This document shows positions 1 through 12,075 of a stretch of DNA of 64,000 nt, one piece after another. The stretch lies in assembly GCF_004010195.1 (NCBI RefSeq), contig NC_057718.1, positions 17,738,028 to 17,802,027 on the forward strand, given 5' to 3'. The stretch is from Chiloscyllium plagiosum. Taxonomy: Eukaryota. Each line of letters opens with the position of its first letter. The first letter of the stretch is position 1. The translations under genes and the position numbers were made by a program. The notes beneath the pieces are model-generated. The model did no database searches, had not been told where the DNA came from, and worked only from the letters and a program-made list of their open reading frames with translations.

Positions 1-1394
1 TTGCCCAACAACAAATAAATTCAATCCTTAATCAGTCAACTGACTGTCTGTGATTGGTTTCCTATTTTTTTCAGACCGAAAGGGTGGTTAATTGCATTGG
101 TAAAACAATTTGCTTCGAGCAGTGCATCACATTACATGGTTTAAGTTGGTACTGACGTGCTCTAGTAGGTTGTACAGCATTACATGAATATGTTTTATGC
201 CCTTTTGGGCATAGGGTTAATAGGAAAAGCTTTCCTTCAACTGATATTATTAACAGCATCATGAAAAGTGAATGCATTGCATTTCCCCCCCAAAAAAGTC
301 TATTTTACTCAAATCCTTATCATGAATAATTAATCGATGCTCCGAGGAGGGAATTGTAAAAATAGGAATATCTGTCACTGTTTATCATTTGGTGACAAAG
401 AGAAAGGCACAGTTGCCTTATTTATTGAAGCAATTATTCGGAGCTGAATATGCTGGCCTGAACGATGAATTCTTTGCTCTTCAGGTACAGGTAATGCATT
501 GAGTGTTCAGTCCCATGTTTGGCAGTATCTCCAACAGAAACAAACAAGCAGGTTTACAAAGCCAGCAGGAACACCAACCTTGGATCTCATTTGGCACATT
601 TAATAACATGACAATTGAACGGATGGAGATGGGGAAGTGGCAGCTTACAGGGGTTCCTAAACTAGATGAGTCCATTGACTTTGATGAGTCTGGCTCTCAT
701 TCCAACAGATTCTTAGGAGTCTACATTGTGTGACTTCAATGAAGGACCACTCCTGAGTCATTAGCTCCATGTGCTCTGACTTCTGCCTGAATCTTCAGGC
801 TTTAGGAAACAACAAACACAGCATCTGTGCAGCATGCCTCTGACTGCAGCACACTCACTGAACAGCTCCCAGGAGGGTATACAAGGTCGAAAGGCAGCCT
901 CAAAAAGAGATCTAGCTCTGAACTCAATGGCAACAATTTAAACAGCGTGTGTTTGGAATACAGTGACATCTTATTCTAGCAACATTTCCAAAGAGCCCAG
1001 TGCATGCAGTTTAATTATTGTATCCCGCCTTGTCTTCGCCAGGAGTGAATATTGAATGGTCTCATGTGACTGGCTCGATATTTCATACTATGAGCTGCAC
1101 AATGAACAGAATCTCAAGGGTGGCACAGAGGGGAAAAAGCATTGTACTTACAAAGCCAAAATGTGAAAGCAGCTATTTGCACACACACAGGAGAAGACGG
1201 TGCATCTTTATTTAGGCTACTTGTGCTACAGTTAGTTTCAGAATGTCTCCTACTCCTAGCAGGTCCAAGATCTAATTGCTGTAGTAGATACACAGATGTA
1301 AAATTGACATCCAGTCTGTTTCAATAAGAAGTGCAGGTAAATACGACAGACACTATAGTACTAGTCAGGAGCGTTCTCCACTTATTCCTCTTTT

Positions 1395-1698
1395 GTATCC
1401 AATCACAGAATGTAGGCATCACTGTCTAGGCCAACATTTAATGTCCATAGTGCAGTTGAAAGTCAATCACATTTCTGTGTGCTTGGAGTCACACAGAGGC
1501 CAGACCAGGTAAGGATGCAGATTTCCCTGAAGGACATTAGTGAACCAACTGGCTTTTTCTAACAATCAGCAATGGTTTTCATGGTCATCATTCGATTCTT
1601 AATTACACCACCTACCAAAGCAGGTTTGGAACCCAGATCCCTAGTACATTACTTGGGTCACTGGATTAATAATCTAGCAATAACACGTGTCCATTACC
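1395..1698 (-). mobile_element. Degenerate tRNA-derived SINE (family sharing its 3' tail with the CR1-like LINE at 18.1 kb)
   Basis: The reverse complement matches the copy at 60630-60970 (GGTTCACTAATGTCC, CCTTACCTGGTCTGGCC, TAAATGTTGGCC tail). Confidence 0.65.
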
Positions 1699-2337
1699 TC
1701 CCCAACCATACAGATGTTCTAGCATTTGTGTCTTGCCACAGTTATTGCCTACAGAGTGACAGTCACTGTGCTCTCAATCACCACCTCTAATACACTTGAG
1801 ATTCTTGCTAGTGTCAAAGCGGTATGCTATGGAAGTGTTTTTATTATTATCATTGTTAATGAACAAAACAGCTCCAGGATATTGGCCAAACAGGTGCAGC
1901 ACGCAAGCAACAGTGAATAGTTTCTAGGCTAGAGTCCTGACTGTTGGGAAGAAGAGGTGGATGTACTGCCAACCCACCTCTGATACCTTTCAGCTCGCCC
2001 CTCAGCAGCAGGAAGCACTGAGCAAAGAAACAGGCTCAGCCTGGCTCCAGCTCTAACTCCAGAACAAGACCATTCATCAGCCAAGTTGTACAGAGGGATT
2101 AGGAGTGGAAGGGACAGGGATAGGCAGTGAAAAAGTAACTTATCAACAGTCTCGAGAATGTTGAGCAGCAGGAGTAGAATAATGGGTGCTGCACCATGGT
2201 GAAATCTGAGAGACAGACACATTAATTATCTGTGACAGAATGCGAATGGCACATATTTTTCTAGTTTAGCCCACTATATAGAGAAAGTTGAAACCATAGA
2301 TGAGGAACAATATTAGTGATATATTTCTAATATACAA

Positions 2338-2502
2338 TTGTGCAGGTCAGGTGGATTGGCCATGTTAAATTGCCCATAGTGTTAGGTGCATTAGTCTGAG
2401 GGAAATGGGTTTGGGTGGATTACTCTTCGGAGGGTCGGTGTGGACTTGTTGGGCCGAAGGGCCTGTTTCCACACTGTAGGGAATCCAATCTAATCTAATC
2501 TA
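2338..2502 (+). mobile_element. HE1-type V-SINE, 3' fragment
   Basis: TGTGCAGGTCAGGTGGATTGGCCATG...GGGCCGAAGGGCCTGTTTCCACACTG followed by a (TCTAA)n tail; matches the full copies elsewhere in the window. Confidence 0.85.
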
Positions 2503-3757
2503 GGCTGCTTTGTTGCACAGGCAGGGAAATGCAATTGAAATTCTGCTGATGGTTTATCCTCAGAAGCATCTGTTATTTATGTTGCTGTCAGGATTAGGTC
2601 ATCATTTTTGTTCAGAAACTTTTTCTGTTTTCACAAGGTCAGTCAACCATATCTTACTGCTGGTATTTTCTTAGTTTACTTGGGGTTTGTTGGTTAGGAA
2701 ATAAGTGAAGAAACCATATAAAGATATATTACTTCCAAAATAGATTTCTATCTCCCCATCTCATCCATCTCCTAAGGTCATTTTCTAATGCTCTCCCCCA
2801 CTTACTAAGATCTCCTTCTCCCAACGAGTTGTTCTTTCTTTAAAAAAAAAGCAAACTGCTTGATTATGTTATGACATCACCATAACATTTGAACCTGGAC
2901 CTTTTGAAGGATTGGGAGGCACACTGTCATTGCAACACAAAAGCCCTTTTGCTCAAGTTGTTCAGTGCAGTTACTATTAAATCATCCTGCTCAGATGTGA
3001 CACGCCTCTGTAACAGGTGGGACTTGAACCTGAGTCTCCTGGCTCAGAGGTATGGTCGCTATCACTGTGCCACAAGAGCTCTTTCAGTTGCTAGGTATAT
3101 ACTAACTCAGTGCCAAACTGCATTCAGGTGTAGGTGGTAACCTATGTACAGGAGCACTTGTTGGGCTTGCAGATGCACATAAGTGATGGCTGTTGCTGGA
3201 AATAAATAAGTGTAAAGATGGGGCTTCATTTCTAGCCTTCATCACCTGGCAATCTAAAGTAGAATCTTGGTGTCTCTTATTCAGACACAAGCCTCAATAG
3301 TCTATTCACTCAGTCAGTTCTGTCCTCAACTGAGGACCGAGCCAGCAATTTCTATAGAGAGTCACTGCATTATGTTTCAGGGAGAGAATCTAGGCAGGGT
3401 GCCTTCTCAAACTGAACAGCACCTCAACTTCACTTGAGATCCTGTAACTTGCTATAGAATAGAACTGAGCCAACACCACGCGCATCTCTTGGTTCAACTA
3501 CTCTCTAACTCAACCAGGGAAGCTTGGTAGGTCCAAAATTATCATGTGTTTAAATATAATAAACAGAAATAAAGAAGTGCAATGCTTCATGCCACACCTC
3601 AGCAGGTTGAATGTGTGGGTGTAATTGGCAGCATCCAAATAAGGAGTATCCACATTCACAAGTAAATAGTGAGTGTTGATGGGCTGTGGGACTGTGATGA
3701 GGAGACCGGGGTGATCAGTTTAACTTCAATGCTGTTCTGATCCATTGTAGGAGGAAA

Positions 3758-3920
3758 TTTCTGCAGATACTGGAATGTGTACCGAAAGCAAAAAATGCTG
3801 GAAATCACATCAGGTCAGGCAGCATCATGGAGAGAGAGCAAGCTAAAGTTTTAAAATGTTAGCTTGCTCTCTCTACATGGATGCTGCCTGACCCACTGCG
3901 ATTTCCAGTGTTTTCTGTTT
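3758..3920. mobile_element. Penelope-like element terminal-repeat remnant arranged as an imperfect palindrome
   Basis: GGTCAGGCAGCATC...GAGAGAGCAAGCTAA is inverted against TTAGCTTGCTCTCTC...GATGCTGCCTGACC; related to the elements at 9408 and 18311. Confidence 0.7.
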
Positions 3921-4275
3921 CCTGTTTGATACATGCACAGAAGCTGGAACATGGAACTATTCCACTCCTCTCTAATGATTCATGCAGACATTTAACATCC
4001 TTGGGTGGAAACAGTTCTCCTCACATTTACCCTACTCAACACCTATATATCTTCATTCCTGCTTTTCCTTCATCCATCTGTCCAATTTGCCTTTTGATGG
4101 AATTTCTGCCTCAACCATTAACCCAGGAGCAGTCCAACTTTGTGAGTAAAGCAGTTTTTCCAGCCCTCTCTACTAAATCCCTCACATTTAATCTTGTAGC
4201 CACGGTCCCTTAATTATGGGAGGGAATTTGTTCCCCTGGGCTCTGTTCCACCCTTTCAATATTTTAAACAGATCC

Positions 4276-4963
4276 GTCCATTGTACCCTGAAGGTGGCAA
4301 TGCAGGTCAGTAGCGTGGTCAAGAAGGCATACGGCATGCTTTCCTTCATCGGATGGCATATTGAGTACAAGAGTTGGCAGGTCATGATACAGTTGTATAA
4401 GACTTTGGTTCAGCCAATTTTGGAATACTACATACAATTCTGGTCACCACATTACCAAAAGGATGTGGACACTTTGGAGAGGGTACAGAGGAGGTTCACC
4501 AGAATGTTGCCTGGTGTGGAGGGTGCTAGCTGTGTGAACAGAGGTTGAATAGATTAGGATTATTTTCATTGGAAGGGTGAAGGCTGAGGGGGGACCTGAT
4601 TGAGGTCTACAAAATCATGAGAGGTATAGACAGAGTGGACAGCAAGAAGCTTTTTCCCAGAATGGAGGACTCAAATACTAGTGGTCACGAGTTCAAAGTG
4701 AGAAGGGAAAAGTTTAAGGGAGATATGCGTGGAAAGTTCTTTACGCAGAGGGTGGTGGGTGCATGGAATGCATTGCCAGTCGAGGTGGTAGAGGCAGGCA
4801 GATTAGTATAATTTAAATGTATCTAGATAGATACATGAATAGGCAGGGAGCAGACGGGGATAGACCCTTAGAAAATAGGCGACAGGTTTAGATAGAGGAT
4901 CTGGATTGGCGCAGGCTTGGAGGGCTGAAGGGCCTGTTCCTGTGCTGTAATTTTCTTTGTTCT
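4276..4963 (+). mobile_element. CR1 LINE, 5'-truncated (RT C-terminus plus 3' UTR), pseudogenic
   Basis: Translations LYKTLVQPILEYYIQFWSPHYQKDVDTLERVQRRFTRM and FFTQRVVGAWNALP are typical of the CR1 ORF2 C-terminus; the frame is broken; tail TTTTCTTTGTTCT. Confidence 0.92.
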
Positions 4964-6964
4964 CAATCATATTGTGCCATAATCCAATCTATTAAAGATC
5001 TATTTTGCAAGTATTCCTTCATATTTGTACTTTTCGTAACAGATAGGCAGCCCACTCAATCTCTTTTGTACCATGTTTCATGATTAGTACCTTTCCTTAG
5101 GTATGGAGTCAGTGCTTCAGCCAGTATTTTAACAGTGTCTCAAGGTTTTATATAGGCTCATCTTTAACTCCTGGGTTTTATGCTTATAAAATGTGGAATT
5201 CCATTAGTGTTTTTACAGCCCTATCAAACAGAGGTGCTGCTTTTAATGTCCCACAAACCTGAACTGCTAAGTTCTCCCTCTATTCCACAGCATTAAGCCT
5301 TTCTCCAATGAGAACATTTGTCATTACTGCTACAGAATGAACCAAACCCTCTTTTTTAAAATTTGCTCTTGACTGGATGTTAAATGCTTTCAGACCAAAA
5401 CCGGGCATTCCTAGCTGGAGCTTTATTTCAGCCAACCACACACCTTTTTATCAAACTCTGCTAACCTCTGGCGCTCCTTCTCCTTTATATACATTTGAAT
5501 ACTCTCTTGCAAGAGCAAAAATCGATGTTGAACCAGATTAAAAGGCACTTAACTAGCTGTGTAAGGAGATGCAAGGATAGATGAGTTAGGAGTGCCCTGA
5601 AAGATAGAGGCAGAGAGGAGGAAATTTCAGAGTCTAGGGCTGGAGGTACAGCAGAAGGTACAAGTACCAATGGCGGAGTGGAAACAGTAAACAAAGTCTA
5701 TGGAGACAGTAGATTCTGTTTAAACAACAAACTACAGCAAACAGACCACACAGTTTACTTAAAATGTGTCTTCCAGAACCACGGCACATGGATGTCATGC
5801 ATGAGAAAACTAAAGAAGCATATCCTGATAAAAGCGGGGGATTTTGTCAGTAAAATGCAGACAGTGGATGGTAGTAATGTGAATAGCCTCAATCGCAGTC
5901 ACTTAGAGCAGTGTGATCCCCTGCTATGATTTAAACCTAATCATCCCCATTCCATGATGGAACAGAGATGCAGACACATCACTGATGCACAGGCCCTGGG
6001 GTCAGCTACAAGTTCAATTTACAGGTGAGAATGGAGTCCCCCAGCAATTTAAATTTGCGATAAGACCTCACACTCCCTTCATTTTAAACCCTGAATATTT
6101 TTTGCCCTTGACATGAACAGATTTAAAATTCTGGGCAGGAGATGCAGGAGGGATTGTGAGGAAGAACTTTGTTATGTAATGAGTAAGTTATGACCTGGGC
6201 CCTGCAGCTTATGAGGGTGATTGACGTAGAGATGATCATTGATTTAAAAAGTGGATGGGTACCTGGGGAAAATAAATTTGAGGACAGAGTGATAGAATGG
6301 GACTGACCAGAATTCCTCCTTACTGTCTTTTGCTTTGGTTAAGATAACATCCTCAGATGATGAAGTGTTCTGCACATGGATACAGTCTCGACTACAAATA
6401 TAAATGCTTTGATTTCTCAAGTGGTTCATGACATCTGAAGCTCTAAATAAACACTGAGGCAGTCTGCCTCACTTTAGTGTGACCTTCCTACTGCACAGTT
6501 TCCATCTCTGACCCGCTATCAGACAACAGGCAGCTAAGAAAATTAAAGCCATAGTTTGGAATGACTCATGTTTCCAGGCTAGGTGCGTGAGGGGAAAAAA
6601 TTGGCAAAAAAAAAACTCTATTTTAGTTCTGTAAAGAATAAGCTTAGCATAAAAAACAGTCGGGAAACAAAATCATTTAAAAGTTGGTTACTCCCCCTGA
6701 ATAGAACAAAAGATTTTGTTCTCACTGTGTTCCGTTTTTGGTGCTACGGCAGCACGTCATTAATTACCAGGGAATTCCCAATGTATTGAAATACAAGCCA
6801 TTAACCTTGGAATCATCCCACCTACTGACCAGCTGGTGAGGCATGCAAACTGGCTGTGGATATGCCTGAACGGATGGCAAGAAGTCCTTGTACGGGAGAC
6901 TGTGGGTTCGTTTAGTCTGAAGGGAAATGCAAGGTGTTTTTTGAAAGAGAAAATCAATTTCATT

Positions 6965-7140
6965 GTAGAAGTCTGAAACTGAAGCAGAAATTGCTGCAAA
7001 AACTCAGCAGCCGTGATAGCATTTTTTGGGAGAAAGCAGAGTTAACATTTTGGGTCCAGTGACCTATTTTCAGAACTGCTGAGTTTCCCCAGCAATTTTA
7101 GTTTATGCTTCAGATTTCCAGCATCTGCAGTTCTTTGTTC
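6965..7140. mobile_element. Degenerate PLE terminal-repeat palindrome
   Basis: TCTGAAACTGAAGCAGAAATTGCTG...CTCAGCAG is inverted against CTGCTGAG...CAGCAATTT...TTCAGATTTCCAGCATCTGCAG. Confidence 0.6.
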
Positions 7141-7609
7141 TTTTTTCCCATTGTAGAGAGGTCATTTGCCTCATTACTTTGAAGGGACAAACAGGCTGCA
7201 TGAACATCTCTCACTGCATACCTCAACAGATGAAAGAAAACGTCTGCTCGACTGAAAGATGAGCCCAGCTCAATGTAAGTGTCTGTGTATGAGTACACAA
7301 AGTCAGCTTGTGGTAATGAGGAGCCAGTCAGAGTTATCATCTTATAGCTGCATCCCCCAACACATACCACCACCTAGCTAGGTTCCAAAAGTAGAAATGA
7401 CTTTGCCCTTATTTATCTTTTGAATTACGTCCTGATTTCATAACGGCAAGTTAAAATAAATGAAATTATGTAAGAAGATAAATTAAAAGTTAACTCAACC
7501 AAACTATCAAAACGTCAAATCTGCATTGCTTCCTTCTAAAGCCATCTGAAAAAGAATGTCTTTTTGATACTGGATGTATTGCTAGAGATATTGCCTGGGA
7601 CATACAGTC

Positions 7610-7945
7610 AGACTTGAAGTTTTTCTCAGGAATGAGAAACGTCAGTTACAAGGACAGAGTGAAGAAGGTGGGACTGTCTTCACTGGGGAGAAGAAGGCTG
7701 AGAGGAGATAAGATAGAGGTTTTCAAAATCATGAGCGGGCTGGATATGGTAGATAGGGAGAAGCTGTTCCCTCTGCTTGGAAACATTGAGGCAGGTTCAA
7801 CTGAGATATTCAAGAGGGCATTGGATGACTGTTGGGATAGCAATGGTGTGCTGGGAAAAGGCAGGAAATTAGCATTGGGTAACAGAGCTGGTGCAGGTAT
7901 GCTGAGCTGAATCGCACTGCAACGATTGTGTGATTCTGTGATTTA
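7610..7945 (+). mobile_element. Degenerate CR1 3' fragment
   Basis: Translation SLGRRRLRGDKIEVFKIMSGLDMVDREKLFP. Confidence 0.8.
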
Positions 7946-8261
7946 GGAATGAAGGTTCAAGTGGAGGTCTTGTAGCACAGGGGGTGTGTTCCTGCCTCTG
8001 AGCCAGGAGCTCTAGGCTTGAGTTCCCACTACCCCATGGATTTGACAGTAAAGAAAGGTGCGTTCATAATGTGGCCAAACAGGAAGAGTAAGTGCAGAAG
8101 ATAGTCCTGGTCAGCCATGGAGTGGAAGTCATGTTGGAGCCATCGCTATCTAAAACACACATTTCAAAGTGCATCCAACCACAGCAACATGAACTCTCTC
8201 GAGCAAAATGTAACACATCATTACCAGACCTAATCTAACTGGGAGATTTGAGATGGTCAAA

Positions 8262-8970
8262 GTCATAGAGCCATAGAGCACGGAAACAGACCCTTTGGTC
8301 CAAACAGTCCATGTTGACCATAATCCCAAACTAAATTAGACCCACTTGTTGTGCTTGGCCCATATCTCTCCAAACATTTCTTATCCATATAATTATCAAA
8401 ATGCCTTTCACACATTGTAACTGTACCTGCATCCATTACCGGGATCTAATGCAAAAACACTCTCAGTAGAAGGAGCAATTAACATAAATAAGGTTTATAT
8501 TAGTTTCAAGTACACTTGGCTTCAGATCTGCCATTGCTGATGCAAGCAATTTGAGTTTTTAGAAGGAAGCACTGCAGATACAACGTTTTGATAGTTTAAT
8601 TGGGTTAACTTTTCATTTATCCTCTTCTGTAATTTCCTTTGTTTTGGAAGTTCATTCCACACATGAACCACGATCTGTGTAAGAACATTTGCCCTCATGT
8701 ATTTTTAAACTCTTCTCCGCTCACCTTAAAAAATGCCCCTAATCTTGAAATTCCCCACACGATGGAAAGGACACCTGCCATTCACTTTATCTATTTCCTT
8801 CATTACTTTATAAACCATGATAAGGTCACTTCTCAACCTCCTATACTCCAATGAGAAAAGGTCTCATCCTATCCAGCTTTTTCCCATAACTCAAGCCCTC
8901 CATTCCCGGCAACATCCTGGTAAATCTCTTCTGAACCCTCCCCTTCCTATAACAGGGTGACCAAAACTGA
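8262..8970 (-). mobile_element. CR1 LINE 3' fragment interrupted by an insertion of about 200 bp
   Basis: Minus-strand IQFWSPCYRK..RVQKRFTRMLPGMEGLSY; CTATGACT-type tail at about 8262; foreign sequence at about 8438-8645. Confidence 0.85.
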
Positions 8971-9407
8971 ATTAGAGCGAGAGATGCTCCTTCCTCTGGC
9001 CAGGACTTCCAGAACACAGGGTCACAAAGCCATTCAAGCATGAAGTAACGAAGCAAATTTTCACACAAAGGACAGTGGAAAATCTGAAATTCTCCACCCA
9101 AAATGCTTTGGATGCTGGGTACATTAGCATATTCATGACAGAGACAGTAGGTGGATCAAAGGTGGTTAAATGGATCTGAGGCACAGATTATGTAAGAGCA
9201 AATATGAAGGGCTAAATGCCCTACCCTGTTCCACAGCAAATATATGACTGAACATTAACCATAGAGAAAGTGCTGCTGTTAGACAGCCCAAGATTTCACT
9301 TGGTGCCACTAACTTTGGTAAATATAACAGCGTCCAATCATGGGATCTAAGGACACGTAACTCACATTCCCTCAGGTATTTGCCATTGCTGGGTCTGTCC
9401 TCCAATA

Positions 9408-9570
9408 AGCTGAAAATGTGTTGCTGGTAAAGCACAGCAGGTCAGGCAGCATCCAAGGAACAGGAGAATCGACGATTCTCCTGTTCCTTGGATGCTGCCT
9501 GACCTGCTGTGCTTTACCAGCAACACATTTTCAGCTCTGATTTCCAGCATCTGCAGACCTCACTTTCTCC
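9408..9570. mobile_element. PLE-derived short element with a perfect 64-bp inverted repeat and a 15-bp TSD
   Basis: Arms 9408-9471 and 9473-9536 are exact reverse complements. CTGTCCTCCAATAAG is duplicated at 9395-9409 and 9570-9584. Confidence 0.9.
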
Positions 9571-10007
9571 TGTCCTCCAATAAGTAGACTTGACAGTAAA
9601 CAAGACCGGGATCTAAAGCAACAACACTCTCAGTACAAGGAGCAATTAACATAAATAGCGTTTTATATTAGTTTGAAGTACACTTGGCTTCAGATCTGCC
9701 ATTGCTGGTGCAAGCAATTTGAATTGATGAATCGAGAATGTCACAAATAAACACATAGCACCAGACTGAGGGGCACTGCCTGAAGTGTGAACTCTTCTCC
9801 AGCATTCTGCAACAAACACACCTATTAGCAATGCAGGATAAGTGGGTCACTCACTTGCCCTTGCAGCCATGTACTAATGTCAGGAAAACAATGTAGGTGT
9901 AAGCTTAGAGCTGACTATCTAACACGACCTCATTAACATAAAACACGGAGAACAGTTGTAAGCGATTACTCGACTTATGATTGCAAAACGGAAAAAATGA
10001 TTGGGAG

Positions 10008-10166
10008 CAAATCACTGCTGATGCTGGAATCTGTACTGAAAACAAAAAAATGCTGGAAATCACAGCATCCATGCTCTGATCAAGAGTCATCTCGACATGA
10101 AACATTAGTTTGCTCTCTCTCCGTGGATGCTGCCTGTCCCGCTGTGATCGCTAGCATTTTTGTTTA
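10008..10166. mobile_element. Degenerate PLE terminal-repeat palindrome with a decayed hammerhead core
   Basis: AAATGCTGGAAATCACAGC is inverted against GCTGTGATCGCTAGCATTT; CTGATCAAGAGTC...GAAACATT lies in the middle. Confidence 0.6.
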
Positions 10167-10614
10167 TGGTCAGAAAAAAGTGATTATTCGGAATGTAACT
10201 GCCCCAAATCCAAAATTTCCCTTTTTGTTCAGTAGCTTTCGAAACACTCACTGGAGACATCAGTTTTCGTTAAAAAAAATCAAAACTTTATTCTTTCTGA
10301 CTCTCTTGACTCACCCTCCCCTATTTTGGACAACAGTAAGATGGCATTAAGCTCCACTCTTGATTTTGGCGCAAAGTCAGGATCATTTTAATGGAACGAT
10401 GTCCTGCCTTTGAAAAGTAGATAGCGCCGGGCACAGTCGCGGTACATCCCCACGAGGGGGCAAGTTGGAGGAACCAAAGTATCTACAAAACAGAACAGAA
10501 AGAGGGCAAGGTGAACCTGAAAAATGTGGGAGATGATAGATATGATAGACGAGAACTAGGCTGCTTAAAGAAAATTCAGAGGGGAACTGAAAAGGGAAAT
10601 AAGAAAGATAAAGA

Positions 10615-12075
10615 GAGAACATAGGAAGAGACTAGCAGTTAACATAAAAAGTAATCCAAAAATCTTCAACAAGCGCATAAATAATAAGATGTTAATAAGA
10701 GGAGGATCAGAAACTGGATTTACTTATTGAAGCAGGGCATTGCTGAAGTATGAAAAGACTGATTTTTCATCTGTCTTGAACAGGAAGAAGGCTTTGACAA
10801 AGTCATGGTAAAACAGGAAGTAGTTGACTTACTGGATAGGCAAAAAATTGATAAAGAGGAGATTTAGAGAGATTGGCTGTACATACAGTTGAAAGTCACC
10901 AGAGCCAGATGGGACGGATCGAAGGATACTGAGGGAAATGAGGGCAGAAATTGTAGAGGAATTGGGTGTAATCTTCCAATCCTCCCGAGACACATATGTG
11001 GTGCCAGACCTTGGTCTAAAACAGGCACCAGGATGACCCCAACAATTACAGGCTGTTTAGTTTAATTGGGTGACAGGAAAGCTTTTGGAAACGATAATGT
11101 CAGAGAAAAATGATAATCGCTTGGGCAAGGCTGGATTAATTAGGGAACTCTAGTATGGATTTAAGGCAAATCAAGTTTAACTAACCTGAGGATACTGATG
11201 AGTGGAATGAGGTTGACATGATGTGCATGCAATTGCAAAAGTTGTTTCATAAAGTGCCACATTACAGACTTGCCAGCCAAGTCAAAGGCTAGGGACCATA
11301 GCCAGGATGTGGAAACACCAGTGTTGGACTGGGGTGGACAAAGTCAGAAATCACACTACAGACTTATTTGAAATCACAAGCTTTTAGTGTGCTATTCCTT
11401 CGTCAGATGAAGGATCACTTGACAAAGGCTCCAAAGCTTGTGATTTCAAATAAACCTGTTGCACTATAACCTGGTGTCATGTGACTTCTGACTGAGTGAT
11501 CGGAGACAAACTAGTAAAGAATGGTTGTTTTTCAGTCTGGAGAATGGTAAGCAGTGCAGTTCCCCGGGGCAGTTACTGGGAACACTACTTCTCTTGGAAT
11601 ATATTAATGACATAAATTCAAGCGTGCATTTCACAGTTTCAAAATTCTAAGATGTCACAGACCTAGCTGGAGGTATTGTGAACTGTGAAAATAGCAGTTA
11701 AATAGTTCAGAAACACTGGACTGTGGAATGGTAAACATGTAGCATGGAATGTAATGCAGGGGTGTATGTACAGTTTGGTTTTAGTAGGAAGGATAAGGAA
11801 GGAAATCATAAAATGGTGGCCTCAACTCTGAAGGGGATGCTTTGAGAATGAGCTTAGGGAGGCTTAATCACGAGTAGTAGCAGGGCTACAGGTCAGGCAG
11901 GTTGAGAAAATAGCTTTTTCAACAAAAGCACTTGGAATTCTGGGTTTTATTAATGGAGACACTGAGTGAAAATGAGGGTTACGATGAATCAAACCAACAA
12001 ATGACAAGGCGATGGTGCAGGAAGATTTGCAAGGATGGTTCCAGGTATGAGGAACTCAGTGATGGGAGAAGCTGA
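10615..12075 (+). mobile_element. Old, heavily degraded CR1 ORF2 fragment
   Basis: Recognisable CR1 motifs at DNA level (AAGTCACCAGAGCCAGATGGG = KSPGPDG-like; AATTACAGG = NYRP-like; ATAAAGTGCCACAT = DKVPH-like; ATTAATGAC = IND-like) with many stops. Confidence 0.75.
11308..11493. mobile_element. PLE terminal-repeat family 2, degenerate palindrome inserted in CR1
   Basis: GTGTTGGACTGGGGTGGACAAAG; TTATTTGAAATCACAAGCTTT is inverted against AAAGCTTGTGATTTCAAATAA. Confidence 0.7.

Noticed and set aside
7157..7274. Exon-like segment with a strong acceptor and a GTAAGT donor
   Set aside because: It has stops in all three frames, and the pyrimidine tract comes largely from the adjacent PLE repeat end.
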